A stretch of DNA of 64,000 nt from Escherichia coli. Its GTDB lineage: Bacteria > Pseudomonadota > Gammaproteobacteria > Enterobacterales > Enterobacteriaceae. How positions within the stretch are numbered: the first letter of the stretch is position 1; every line of letters begins with the position of its first letter. The notes beneath the pieces are model-generated. The model saw only the letters and a list, made by a program, of their open reading frames with translations, ran no database searches and was not told the origin of the DNA. A program made the translations under genes and the position numbers. Of the stretch, positions 10,001-19,095 are shown piece after piece. Where the stretch lies: assembly GCF_003334385.1 (NCBI RefSeq), contig NZ_QOWN01000022.1; one strand, 5' to 3'.

Positions 10001-10765
10001 ATGGAAAATATAATGAACAATCCGGTTATCGGTGTCGTAATGTGCAGGAACAGGCTTAAGGGTCATGCGACCCAGACTCTGCAAGAAAAGTACCTGAATG
10101 CCATCATCCATGCAGGCGGCTTGCCTATTGCGCTACCACATGCGCTGGCGGAACCGTCATTACTTGAACAACTTTTGCCGAAACTCGATGGCATTTATCT
10201 TCCTGGTAGTCCCAGCAATGTGCAGTCGCACCTATATGGTGAAAACGGCGATGAGCCTGACGCCGATCCCGGGCGTGATCTTCTGAGCATGGCGATAATT
10301 AATGCCGCACTCGAAAGGCGCATCCCCATTTTCGCCATCTGCCGGGGTTTACAAGAACTGGTGGTGGCAACCGGTGGTTCGTTGCATCGCAAGCTGTGCG
10401 AACAGCCTGAATTGCTGGAACATCGGGAAGATCCCGAACTGCCGGTGGAACAGCAATATGCACCGTCGCATGAAGTTCAGGTTGAAGAGGGGGGATTACT
10501 GTCTGCGTTGTTACCTGAATGTAGCAACTTTTGGGTAAACTCTCTACATGGACAAGGGGCGAAGGTCGTTAGCCCACGGTTGCGTGTTGAAGCTCGCTCG
10601 CCGGATGGCTTAGTTGAGGCGGTTAGCGTCATCAATCATCCTTTTGCGCTGGGCGTACAGTGGCACCCGGAATGGAACAGTAGCGAGTACGCGCTTTCGC
10701 GTATATTGTTCGAGGGCTTTATCACCGCTTGTCAGCACCATATCGCTGAAAAACAGCGACTCTGA
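10001..10765 (+). CDS. puuD: Gamma-glutamyl-GABA hydrolase PuuD (class I glutamine amidotransferase-like), 254 aa
   Basis: Nucleophile elbow FAICRGLQ and a C-terminal HPE triad motif (QWHPEW). The start is at ATG 10001 (MENIMNNPVIG). Confidence 0.95.
   Translation: MENIMNNPVIGVVMCRNRLKGHATQTLQEKYLNAIIHAGGLPIALPHALAEPSLLEQLLPKLDGIYLPGSPSNVQSHLYGENGDEPDADPGRDLLSMAIINAALERRIPIFAICRGLQELVVATGGSLHRKLCEQPELLEHREDPELPVEQQYAPSHEVQVEEGGLLSALLPECSNFWVNSLHGQGAKVVSPRLRVEARSPDGLVEAVSVINHPFALGVQWHPEWNSSEYALSRILFEGFITACQHHIAEKQRL
10005..10019 (+). promoter_or_regulatory. Candidate PuuR operator copy 2 (aaaatataatgaaca), inside the first codons of puuD
   Basis: It matches the remembered PuuR consensus exactly and overlaps puuD codons 2-7 (ENIMNN). 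Confidence 0.55.
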
Positions 10766-10791
10766 CCACTACAGTTTAAGGAAATGCAAAT

Positions 10792-11349
10792 ATGAGTGAT
10801 GAGGGACTGGCGCCAGGAAAACGCTTGTCGGAAATCCGCCAGCAGCAGGGGCTTTCACAACGTCGTGCCGCCGAACTCTCCGGGCTGACTCACAGTGCTA
10901 TCAGTACGATAGAACAAGATAAAGTCAGCCCTGCCATCAGTACGCTGCAAAAGCTGCTGAAGGTGTATGGTCTGTCACTCTCGGAATTCTTTTCCGAGCC
11001 GGAAAAACCTGATGAGCCGCAGGTCGTCATTAATCAGGACGACTTAATTGAGATGGGTAGTCAGGGTGTGTCAATGAAGCTGGTTCATAACGGTAACCCG
11101 AATCGCACGCTGGCGATGATCTTTGAAACGTACCAGCCGGGCACAACCACTGGGGAAAGAATTAAGCATCAGGGTGAGGAAATAGGCACTGTACTGGAAG
11201 GTGAAATTGTTCTGACGATTAATGGTCAGGATTACCACCTCGTCGCGGGGCAAAGTTATGCCATTAATACCGGCATCCCGCACAGTTTCAGTAATACGTC
11301 GGCAGGTATTTGCCGAATTATCAGCGCCCATACGCCCACCACGTTTTAA
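10792..11349 (+). CDS. puuR: Repressor PuuR (N-terminal XRE HTH plus C-terminal cupin), 185 aa
   Basis: HTH region LSQRRAAELSGLTHSAISTIEQDK and a cupin-like C-terminal half. Confidence 0.95.
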   Translation: MSDEGLAPGKRLSEIRQQQGLSQRRAAELSGLTHSAISTIEQDKVSPAISTLQKLLKVYGLSLSEFFSEPEKPDEPQVVINQDDLIEMGSQGVSMKLVHNGNPNRTLAMIFETYQPGTTTGERIKHQGEEIGTVLEGEIVLTINGQDYHLVAGQSYAINTGIPHSFSNTSAGICRIISAHTPTTF

Positions 11350-11365
11350 TCTTTTTGTTCTGTAA

Positions 11366-11390
11366 GCCGGGTAAGCGCAATGCGCCCGGC
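11366..11390. repeat. REP-like GC hairpin after puuR
   Basis: gccgggtaagcgcaatgcgcccggc has a 6-bp stem gccggg/cccggc. No T tract follows. Confidence 0.5.
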
Positions 11391-11410
11391 AATCTATACA
11401 CAAAATCATT

Positions 11411-11525
11411 CAAGTTGCATCAAGGCGGCAAGTGAGCGAATCCCGATGAGCTTACTCAGGTAAGTGATTCGGGGGAGCGAACGCAGCCAAGGCAGAGGCG
11501 GCTTGAAGGATGAAGTGTATATAAA
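11411..11525. repeat. ERIC / IRU (enterobacterial repetitive intergenic consensus) element
   Basis: aagtgagcgaatcccgatgagcttactcaggtaagtgattcgggggagcgaacgcagccaaggc... matches the remembered ERIC core (GTGAATCCCCAGGAGCTTACATAAGTAAGTGACTGGGGTGAGCG). It is an imperfect palindrome centred on gagcttac/gtaagtga. Confidence 0.7.
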
Positions 11526-11623
11526 GAATGTCGCCAGAAATAAACGGGCATACGGCCCGGGGATCTCTGCGCCCTGACGTTCACAAACTGCATATATCTG
11601 ATAGACGTGAAACAGGAGTCATA

Positions 11624-13110
11624 ATGAATTTTCATCATCTGGCTTACTGGCAGGATAAAGCGTTAAGTCTCGCCATTGAAAACCGCTTATTTATTAACGG
11701 TGAATATACTGCTGCGGCGGAAAATGAAACCTTTGAAACCGTTGATCCGGTCACCCAGGCACCGCTGGCGAAAATTGCCCGCGGCAAGAGCGTCGATATC
11801 GACCGTGCGATGAGCGCAGCACGCGGCGTATTTGAACGCGGCGACTGGTCACTCTCTTCTCCGGCTAAACGTAAAGCGGTACTGAATAAACTCGCCGATT
11901 TAATGGAAGCCCACGCCGAAGAGCTGGCACTGCTGGAAACTCTCGACACCGGCAAACCGATTCGTCACAGTCTGCGTGATGATATTCCCGGCGCGGCGCG
12001 CGCCATTCGCTGGTACGCCGAAGCGATCGACAAAGTGTATGGCGAAGTGGCGACCACCAGTAGCCATGAGCTGGCGATGATCGTGCGTGAACCGGTCGGC
12101 GTGATTGCCGCCATCGTGCCGTGGAACTTCCCGCTGTTGCTGACTTGCTGGAAACTCGGCCGGCGCTGGCGGCGGGAAACAGCGTGATTCTAAAACCGTC
12201 TGAAAAATCACCGCTCAGTGCGATTCGTCTCGCGGGGCTGGCGAAAGAAGCAGGCTTGCCGGATGGTGTGTTGAACGTGGTGACGGGTTTTGGTCATGAA
12301 GCCGGGCAGGCGCTGTCGCGTCATAACGATATCGACGCCATTGCCTTTACCGGTTCAACCCGTACCGGGAAACAGCTGCTGAAAGATGCGGGCGACAGCA
12401 ACATGAAACGCGTCTGGCTGGAAGCGGGCGGCAAAAGCGCCAACATCGTTTTCGCTGACTGCCCGGATTTGCAACAGGCGGCAAGCGCCACCGCAGCAGG
12501 CATTTTCTACAACCAGGGACAGGTGTGCATCGCCGGAACGCGCCTGTTGCTGGAAGAGAGCATCGCCGATGAATTCTTAGCCCTGTTAAAACAGCAGGCG
12601 CAAAACTGGCAGCCGGGCCATCCACTTGATCCCGCAACCACCATGGGCACCTTAATCGACTGCGCCCACGCCGACTCGGTCCATAGCTTTATTCGGGAAG
12701 GCGAAAGCAAAGGGCAACTGTTGTTGGATGGCCGTAACGCCGGGCTGGCTGCCGCCATCGGCCCGACCATCTTTGTGGATGTGGACCCGAATGCGTCCTT
12801 AAGTCGCGAAGAGATTTTCGGTCCGGTGCTGGTGGTCACGCGTTTCACATCAGAAGAACAGGCGCTACAGCTTGCCAACGACAGCCAGTACGGCCTTGGC
12901 GCGGCGGTATGGACGCGCGACCTCTCCCGCGCGCACCGCATGAGCCGACGCCTGAAAGCCGGTTCCGTCTTCGTCAATAACTACAACGACGGCGATATGA
13001 CCGTGCCGTTTGGCGGCTATAAGCAGAGCGGCAACGGTCGCGACAAATCCCTGCATGCCCTTGAAAAATTCACTGAACTGAAAACCATCTGGATAAGCCT
13101 GGAGGCCTGA
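11624..13110 (+). pseudogene. puuC: puuC (aldH), gamma-glutamyl-gamma-aminobutyraldehyde dehydrogenase, interrupted by a 1-nt frameshift near 12160
   Basis: ATG 11624 to stop 13110 is 1487 nt (3n-1). The first frame ends ...PWNFPLLLTCWKLG-RRWRRETA* at 12187. The overlapping ORF 12121-13110 continues PALAAGNSVILKPSEKSPL to the normal C-terminus. The local sequence is ctcGGCCGGcgc, and GGCCCGG would restore a 495-aa ALDH. Confidence 0.85.
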
Positions 13111-13111
13111 A

Positions 13112-14392
13112 ATGACCGAACATACCAGCAGTTACTACGCCGCCAGTGCGAATAAATATGCACCATTCGACACGCTGAATGAGTCAATCACCTGCGACGT
13201 TTGCGTGGTTGGCGGCGGCTATACCGGGCTCTCCTCCGCGCTGCATCTGGCGGAAGCGGGCTTTGACGTAGTGGTTCTCGAAGCCTCACGCATCGGCTTT
13301 GGCGCAAGCGGGCGCAATGGCGGACAGCTTGTGAACTCCTACAGCCGCGACATCGACGTGATCGAAAAAAGCTACGGCATGGACACCGCCCGTATGCTCG
13401 GCAGCATGATGTTCGAAGGTGGTGAGATCATCCGCGAACGTATCAAACGTTATCAGATTGACTGCGACTACCGCCCCGGCGGCCTGTTTGTGGCGATGAA
13501 TGATAAACAGCTCGCCACACTTGAAGAGCAGAAAGAGAACTGGGAACGCTACGGCAATAAACAGCTGGAATTGCTGGACGCCAACGCCATTCGCCGTGAA
13601 GTAGCCAGCGATCGCTATACCGGTGCGCTGCTGGATCACAGCGGTGGGCATATTCATCCGCTAAACCTTGCCATTGGCGAAGCGGACGCCATCCGCCTCA
13701 ACGGCGGGCGCGTGTATGAACTTTCTGCCGTGACGCAGATCCAGCACACCACGCCAGCCGTTGTGCGAACTGCCAAAGGTCAGGTGACGGCGAAGTATGT
13801 GATTGTCGCCGGGAATGCGTATCTGGGCGATAAAGTAGAGCCGGAACTGGCGAAACGCAGCATGCCGTGCGGCACGCAGGTGATCACCACCGAACGGCTG
13901 TCGGAAGATTTAGCCCGTTCGCTGATCCCGAAAAACTACTGTGTGGAAGACTGTAACTATCTGCTTGATTACTACCGTCTTACCGCCGACAACCGCCTGC
14001 TGTACGGCGGCGGCGTGGTCTACGGCGCGCGCGACCCGGATGACGTTGAGCGCCTTGTGGTGCCGAAACTGCTGAAAACCTTCCCGCAGCTGAAGGGCGT
14101 GAAAATTGATTACCGCTGGACGGGCAACTTCCTGCTGACCCTGTCGCGTATGCCGCAGTTTGGTCGCCTCGATACCAACATCTATTACATGCAGGGCTAC
14201 AGCGGCCACGGCGTGACCTGTACTCATCTAGCCGGACGTTTGATTGCCGAACTGCTGCGCGGCGACGCCGAACGTTTCGATGCCTTCGCCAATCTGCCGC
14301 ATTACCCGTTCCCCGGCGGGCGCACGCTGCGTGTGCCGTTTACCGCGATGGGCGCGGCGTATTACAGCCTGCGCGATCGTCTGGGCGTTTAA
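13112..14392 (+). CDS. puuB: Gamma-glutamylputrescine oxidase PuuB (FAD-dependent), 426 aa
   Basis: N-terminal dinucleotide-binding motif DVCVVGGGYTGLSSA. There is a 1-nt gap after puuC. Confidence 0.95.
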   Translation: MTEHTSSYYAASANKYAPFDTLNESITCDVCVVGGGYTGLSSALHLAEAGFDVVVLEASRIGFGASGRNGGQLVNSYSRDIDVIEKSYGMDTARMLGSMMFEGGEIIRERIKRYQIDCDYRPGGLFVAMNDKQLATLEEQKENWERYGNKQLELLDANAIRREVASDRYTGALLDHSGGHIHPLNLAIGEADAIRLNGGRVYELSAVTQIQHTTPAVVRTAKGQVTAKYVIVAGNAYLGDKVEPELAKRSMPCGTQVITTERLSEDLARSLIPKNYCVEDCNYLLDYYRLTADNRLLYGGGVVYGARDPDDVERLVVPKLLKTFPQLKGVKIDYRWTGNFLLTLSRMPQFGRLDTNIYYMQGYSGHGVTCTHLAGRLIAELLRGDAERFDAFANLPHYPFPGGRTLRVPFTAMGAAYYSLRDRLGV

Positions 14393-14429
14393 TTTCCGAT
14401 TAACCGTGAAGAGTCAAAAGGTGTGAAAC

Positions 14430-15695
14430 ATGAGCAACAATGAATTCCATCAGCGTCGTCTTTCTGCCACTCCGCGCGGGGTTGGCGTGATGTGTAACTT
14501 CTTCGCCCAGTCGGCTGAAAACGCCACGCTGAAGGATGTTGAGGGCAACGAGTACATCGATTTCGCCGCAGGCATTGCGGTGCTGAATACCGGACATCGC
14601 CACCCTGATCTGGTCGCGGCGGTGGAGCAGCAACTGCAACAGTTTACCCACACCGCGTATCAGATTGTGCCGTATGAAAGCTACGTCACCCTGGCGGAGA
14701 AAATCAACGCCCTTGCCCCGGTGAGCGGGCAGGCCAAAACCGCGTTCTTCACCACCGGTGCGGAAGCGGTGGAAAACGCGGTGAAAATTGCTCGCGCCCA
14801 TACCGGACGCCCTGGCGTGATTGCGTTTAGCGGCGGCTTTCACGGTCGTACGTATATGACCATGGCGCTGACCGGAAAAGTTGCGCCGTACAAAATCGGC
14901 TTCGGCCCGTTCCCTGGTTCGGTGTATCACGTACCTTATCCGTCAGATTTACACGGCATTTCAACACAGGACTCCCTCGACGCCATCGAACGCTTGTTTA
15001 AATCAGACATCGAAGCGAAGCAGGTGGCGGCGATTATTTTCGAACCGGTGCAGGGCGAGGGCGGTTTCAACGTTGCGCCAAAAGAGCTGGTTGCCGCTAT
15101 TCGCCGCCTGTGCGACGAGCACGGTATTGTGATGATTGCTGATGAAGTGCAAAGCGGCTTTGCGCGTACCGGTAAGCTGTTTGCCATGGATCATTACGCC
15201 GATAAGCCGGATTTAATGACGATGGCGAAAAGCCTCGCGGGCGGGATGCCGCTTTCGGGCGTGGTCGGTAACGCGAATATTATGGACGCACCCGCGCCGG
15301 GCGGGCTTGGCGGCACCTACGCCGGTAACCCGCTGGCGGTGGCTGCCGCGCACGCGGTGCTCAACATTATCGACAAAGAATCACTCTGCGAACGCGCGAA
15401 TCAACTGGGCCAGCGTCTCAAAAACACGTTGATTGATGCCAAAGAAAGCGTTCCGGCCATTGCTGCGGTACGCGGCCTGGGGTCGATGATTGCGGTAGAG
15501 TTTAACGATCCGCAAACGGGCGAGCCGTCAGCGGCGATTGCACAGAAAATCCAGCAACGCGCGCTGGCGCAGGGGCTGCTCCTGCTGACCTGTGGCGCAT
15601 ACGGCAACGTGATTCGCTTCCTGTATCCGCTGACCATCCCGGATGCGCAATTCGATGCGGCAATGAAAATTTTGCAGGATGCGCTGAGCGATTAA
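14430..15695 (+). CDS. puuE: 4-aminobutyrate aminotransferase PuuE (class III PLP aminotransferase), 421 aa
   Basis: Class III aminotransferase sequence with the DEVQSGFARTG motif. It is the last gene of the puu cluster. Confidence 0.95.
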   Translation: MSNNEFHQRRLSATPRGVGVMCNFFAQSAENATLKDVEGNEYIDFAAGIAVLNTGHRHPDLVAAVEQQLQQFTHTAYQIVPYESYVTLAEKINALAPVSGQAKTAFFTTGAEAVENAVKIARAHTGRPGVIAFSGGFHGRTYMTMALTGKVAPYKIGFGPFPGSVYHVPYPSDLHGISTQDSLDAIERLFKSDIEAKQVAAIIFEPVQGEGGFNVAPKELVAAIRRLCDEHGIVMIADEVQSGFARTGKLFAMDHYADKPDLMTMAKSLAGGMPLSGVVGNANIMDAPAPGGLGGTYAGNPLAVAAAHAVLNIIDKESLCERANQLGQRLKNTLIDAKESVPAIAAVRGLGSMIAVEFNDPQTGEPSAAIAQKIQQRALAQGLLLLTCGAYGNVIRFLYPLTIPDAQFDAAMKILQDALSD

Positions 15696-15714
15696 TAGCC
15701 CAACGCAATAATGT

Positions 15715-15794
15715 CTGATGCGCTGCGCTTATCAGGCCTGCAAACGACGTATTGATTATGTATGCCGAATAAAGCATTCACGCCGCATCCGGCA
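15715..15794. repeat. BIME: two REP units between the convergent genes puuE and pspF
   Basis: ctgatgcgctgcgcttatcaggc (15715-15737) and tgccgaataaagcattcacgccgcatccggca (15763-15794), in inverted orientation. Confidence 0.75.
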
Positions 15795-15814
15795 AGTTGT
15801 ATTGCTCAACTTCG

Positions 15815-16792
15815 CTAAATCTGGTGCTTTTTCAACAACGCGCGGAACTGATGATAAGTTAACCCCAGTAATTCAGCCGCGCGCTTCTGGTTATATTTCC
15901 CTTGTTGCAAACTGAGTTGCAGCAACTCTTTTTCCTGCTGCATCTGAAACTCACGTAAATCCAGCGGCAGTGTTGGAAGCGAGGTGGTTTCTGAAACGGC
16001 GATAGCGTCTTCAGGCGGACGCCGTTTAAAGGGATCAATAATGATGTCATCAAGCGGATAATCGCTGGTGCCGTGGCGATACACTGAACGTTCCACCACG
16101 TTTTTCAATTCACGAATATTTCCCGGCCAACGATAATTCAGCAATGTTTCTCTGGCGCGCTCCGTAAACCCCGGGAACAGAGGCAGCTTGATTTCCCGAC
16201 ACATCTGGATGGCAAAGTATTCTGCCATCAACATTATGTCGCTTTCGCGCTCGCGCAGTGGTGGCAGTTGTACAACATCAAAAGCCAGTCGGTCGAGCAG
16301 GTCAGCGCGAAAAGTGCCTTCATTGACCATCGCCGGGAGATCGGCATTCGTCGCGCATACCAACCGCACATTCACCTGCAATGGCTGGCTGCCGCCAACG
16401 CGCTCCAGTTCACCGTACTCAATCACGCGCAATAATTTCTCCTGCACCATCATCGGTGCCGTAGCGAGTTCATCAAGAAATAGCGTACCGCCGTCGGCAC
16501 GTTCAAATCTCCCTGGATGACGTTTTTGCGCACCGGTAAACGCCCCCGCTTCGTGACCAAACAGTTCGGAATCCAGCAGATTTTCATTTAACGCCGCGCA
16601 GTTAAGGGAAATAAACGGCCCTTGCCAACGGGAGGAGAGATAATGCAGGCGGCTGGCAATCAGCTCTTTACCGGTGCCGCGTTCGCCGATGATGAGCACC
16701 GGTTTGTCCAGCGGTGCGAGATGCGAAACCTGTTCCAGCACTTCGAGAAAGCTGTTCGCCTCACCAAGTAAATTATCTTTGTATTCTGCCAT
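15815..16792 (-). CDS. pspF: Sigma54-dependent activator PspF (AAA+ plus C-terminal HTH, no receiver domain), 325 aa
   Basis: Walker A GERGTGKE, the GAFTGA loop (HEAGAFTGAQ), and C-terminal HTH AAELLGLTYHQFRALLKKH. The start is at ATG 16790-16792 (MAEYKDN). Confidence 0.95.
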   Translation of the reverse strand: MAEYKDNLLGEANSFLEVLEQVSHLAPLDKPVLIIGERGTGKELIASRLHYLSSRWQGPFISLNCAALNENLLDSELFGHEAGAFTGAQKRHPGRFERADGGTLFLDELATAPMMVQEKLLRVIEYGELERVGGSQPLQVNVRLVCATNADLPAMVNEGTFRADLLDRLAFDVVQLPPLRERESDIMLMAEYFAIQMCREIKLPLFPGFTERARETLLNYRWPGNIRELKNVVERSVYRHGTSDYPLDDIIIDPFKRRPPEDAIAVSETTSLPTLPLDLREFQMQQEKELLQLSLQQGKYNQKRAAELLGLTYHQFRALLKKHQI

Positions 16793-16886
16793 GATGAAAT
16801 TCGCCACTTGTTAGTGTAATTCGCTAACTCATCCTGGCATGTTGCTGTTGATTCTTCAATCAGATCTTTATAAATCAAAAAGATAA

Positions 16887-17627
<741 letters not shown>

Positions 17628-17680
17628 TAACATCCAGGCGGCGTCCGAACGCGCCGCCGCTCATCGTCTAAGGAGTACTT

Positions 17681-17905
17681 ATGAGCGCGCTATTTCTGGC
17701 TATTCCGTTAACCATTTTTGTGCTGTTTGTTTTACCGATCTGGTTATGGCTGCATTACAGCAATCGTTCTGGTCGCAGTGAATTGTCGCAAAGTGAGCAG
17801 CAGCGATTAGCGCAACTGGCTGATGAAGCAAAACGGATGCGCGAACGTATTCAGGCGCTGGAATCTATTCTTGATGCAGAACATCCGAACTGGAGGGATC
17901 GCTAA
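17681..17905 (+). CDS. pspB: Phage shock protein B, 74 aa, single TM
   Basis: N-terminal TM segment, then a charged helix. Its stop overlaps the pspC ATG (TAATG). Confidence 0.95.
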   Translation: MSALFLAIPLTIFVLFVLPIWLWLHYSNRSGRSELSQSEQQRLAQLADEAKRMRERIQALESILDAEHPNWRDR

Positions 17906-18264
17906 TGGCGGGCATTAATCTCAATAAAAAATTATGGCGTATTCCACAGCAGGGCATGGTCCGCGGCGTCTGCGCCGGGATTGCCAACTATTTTGATGTA
18001 CCGGTAAAACTGGTGCGTATCCTGGTGGTGCTGTCGATTTTCTTCGGTCTGGCGCTGTTTACCCTGGTTGCTTACATCATTTTGTCATTTGCGCTTGATC
18101 CAATGCCGGACAACATGGCCTTTGGTGAGCAGCTACCTTCCAGCAGCGAATTGCTGGATGAAGTCGACCGTGAACTGGCGGCAAGTGAAACGCGTTTACG
18201 CGAGATGGAACGTTATGTCACTTCCGATACTTTCACGTTACGTAGCCGTTTCCGTCAACTGTGA
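17905..18264 (+). CDS. pspC: Phage shock protein C, 119 aa
   Basis: PspC domain with one TM and a C-terminal leucine-zipper-like region. Confidence 0.95.
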
Positions 18265-18272
18265 GGAAAGTT

Positions 18273-18494
18273 ATGAATACTCGCTGGCAACAGGCCGGGC
18301 AAAAGGTAAAGCCTGGTTTCAAATTAGCAGGCAAGCTGGTACTTCTTACCGCACTGCGCTATGGCCCGGCGGGTGTGGCGGGCTGGGCGATAAAATCAGT
18401 TGCTCGCCGACCGCTGAAAATGTTGCTGGCTGTGGCGCTGGAACCGCTGTTAAGTCGGGCTGCTAATAAACTGGCACAGCGTTATAAAAGGTGA
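18273..18494 (+). CDS. pspD: Phage shock protein D, 73 aa
   Basis: ATG at 18273 ([11 protein letters not shown]). The track ORF begins 4 codons earlier at a GTG. Confidence 0.88.
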
Positions 18495-18528
18495 GGGGAG
18501 TTTCGCAAAAATTGTTAAATCTCAGGCG

Positions 18529-18534
18529 TATAAT
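18529..18534 (+). promoter_or_regulatory. Consensus -10 hexamer (TATAAT) of a likely pspE-proximal promoter
   Basis: tataat lies 35 nt upstream of the pspE ATG. No good -35 is present. It is immediately followed by the 7-bp inverted repeat atggatg/catccat (18533-18554). Confidence 0.45.
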
Positions 18535-18568
18535 GGATGGCAATTTTCATCCATAGAAGGACGCTTAC

Positions 18569-18883
18569 ATGTTTAAAAAAGGCTTACTTGCTCTGGCACT
18601 GGTGTTTTCACTGCCCGTTTTCGCCGCTGAACACTGGATCGATGTTCGTGTTCCAGAGCAGTATCAGCAAGAGCACGTTCAGGGGGCCATCAATATTCCC
18701 CTGAAGGAAGTGAAAGAGCGCATTGCCACCGCCGTTCCGGATAAAAACGACACCGTGAAAGTGTATTGCAATGCCGGACGCCAGTCAGGGCAAGCAAAAG
18801 AGATCCTTAGCGAGATGGGATATACCCACGTTGAGAACGCCGGTGGCCTGAAAGACATCGCAATGCCGAAGGTCAAAGGTTAA
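18569..18883 (+). CDS. pspE: Periplasmic rhodanese (thiosulfate sulfurtransferase) PspE, 104 aa
   Basis: Signal peptide MFKKGLLALALVFSLPVFA and the rhodanese active-site loop CNAGRQS. Confidence 0.95.
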   Translation: MFKKGLLALALVFSLPVFAAEHWIDVRVPEQYQQEHVQGAINIPLKEVKERIATAVPDKNDTVKVYCNAGRQSGQAKEILSEMGYTHVENAGGLKDIAMPKVKG

Positions 18884-18899
18884 AAGAATTCACCATGAG

Positions 18900-18924
18900 C
18901 GGCGCTTATGCGCCGTTTTTTTTT
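18900..18924 (+). terminator. Rho-independent terminator of the psp operon / pspE
   Basis: cggcgc-ttat-gcgccg stem-loop followed by a run of nine T. Confidence 0.9.
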
Positions 18925-19031
18925 CTGTCACACCTTATTTACATCCCCATAGATTATTTGCGTCAGCTCACAAATACGCTTTTTCCCTGGTAAAAAATGA
19001 TTTCCTGCGTGACTAAAACCCTTGTGCTCAA

Positions 19032-19060
19032 TTGACAGTTTATTTTCTGCGGAGTAGTCT
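19032..19060 (+). promoter_or_regulatory. Predicted sigma70 promoter of ycjM (TTGACA-N17-TAGTCT)
   Basis: Consensus -35 ttgaca (19032-19037), a 17-nt spacer, and -10 tagtct (19055-19060). It lies about 36 nt upstream of the ycjM ATG. Confidence 0.5.
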
Positions 19061-19069
19061 CTCGTTTCA

Positions 19070-19083
19070 TGGGACCGCTACCA
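19070..19083. promoter_or_regulatory. Candidate YcjW (LacI-family) operator, site 1: tgggaccgctacca
   Basis: A 14-bp CG-centred imperfect palindrome (TGGnAnCGnTnCCA, 10/14 self-complementary). An identical 15-mer is repeated at 28997-29011. It sits just downstream of the predicted ycjM -10. Confidence 0.55.
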
Positions 19084-19095
19084 CGGAAAGGCAAC

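Noticed and set aside
12121-12187. Possibility that the puuC split is a programmed ribosomal frameshift
   Set aside because: There is no slippery heptamer, no upstream SD-like stimulator and no downstream structure at ctcggccggcgc. The required shift restores a motif that is contiguous in all aldehyde dehydrogenases. A 1-nt deletion or a consensus error in a C run is much more likely.
15715-15794. Repeated palindromic units here and at 31748-31822 and 58613-58685, considered as a possible CRISPR-like array
   Set aside because: They are one or two inverted REP units per site with the canonical GCCGGATG...CATCCGGC-type sequence. There are no regularly spaced direct repeats, no spacers and no cas genes.
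17637-17658. GC hairpin ggcggcg...cgccgcc between pspA and pspB
   Set aside because: It looks like a terminator stem but is followed by gctcatcg, not a U tract, and pspBCDE must be co-transcribed. At most it is an attenuating or stabilising structure, so it is not annotated as a terminator.
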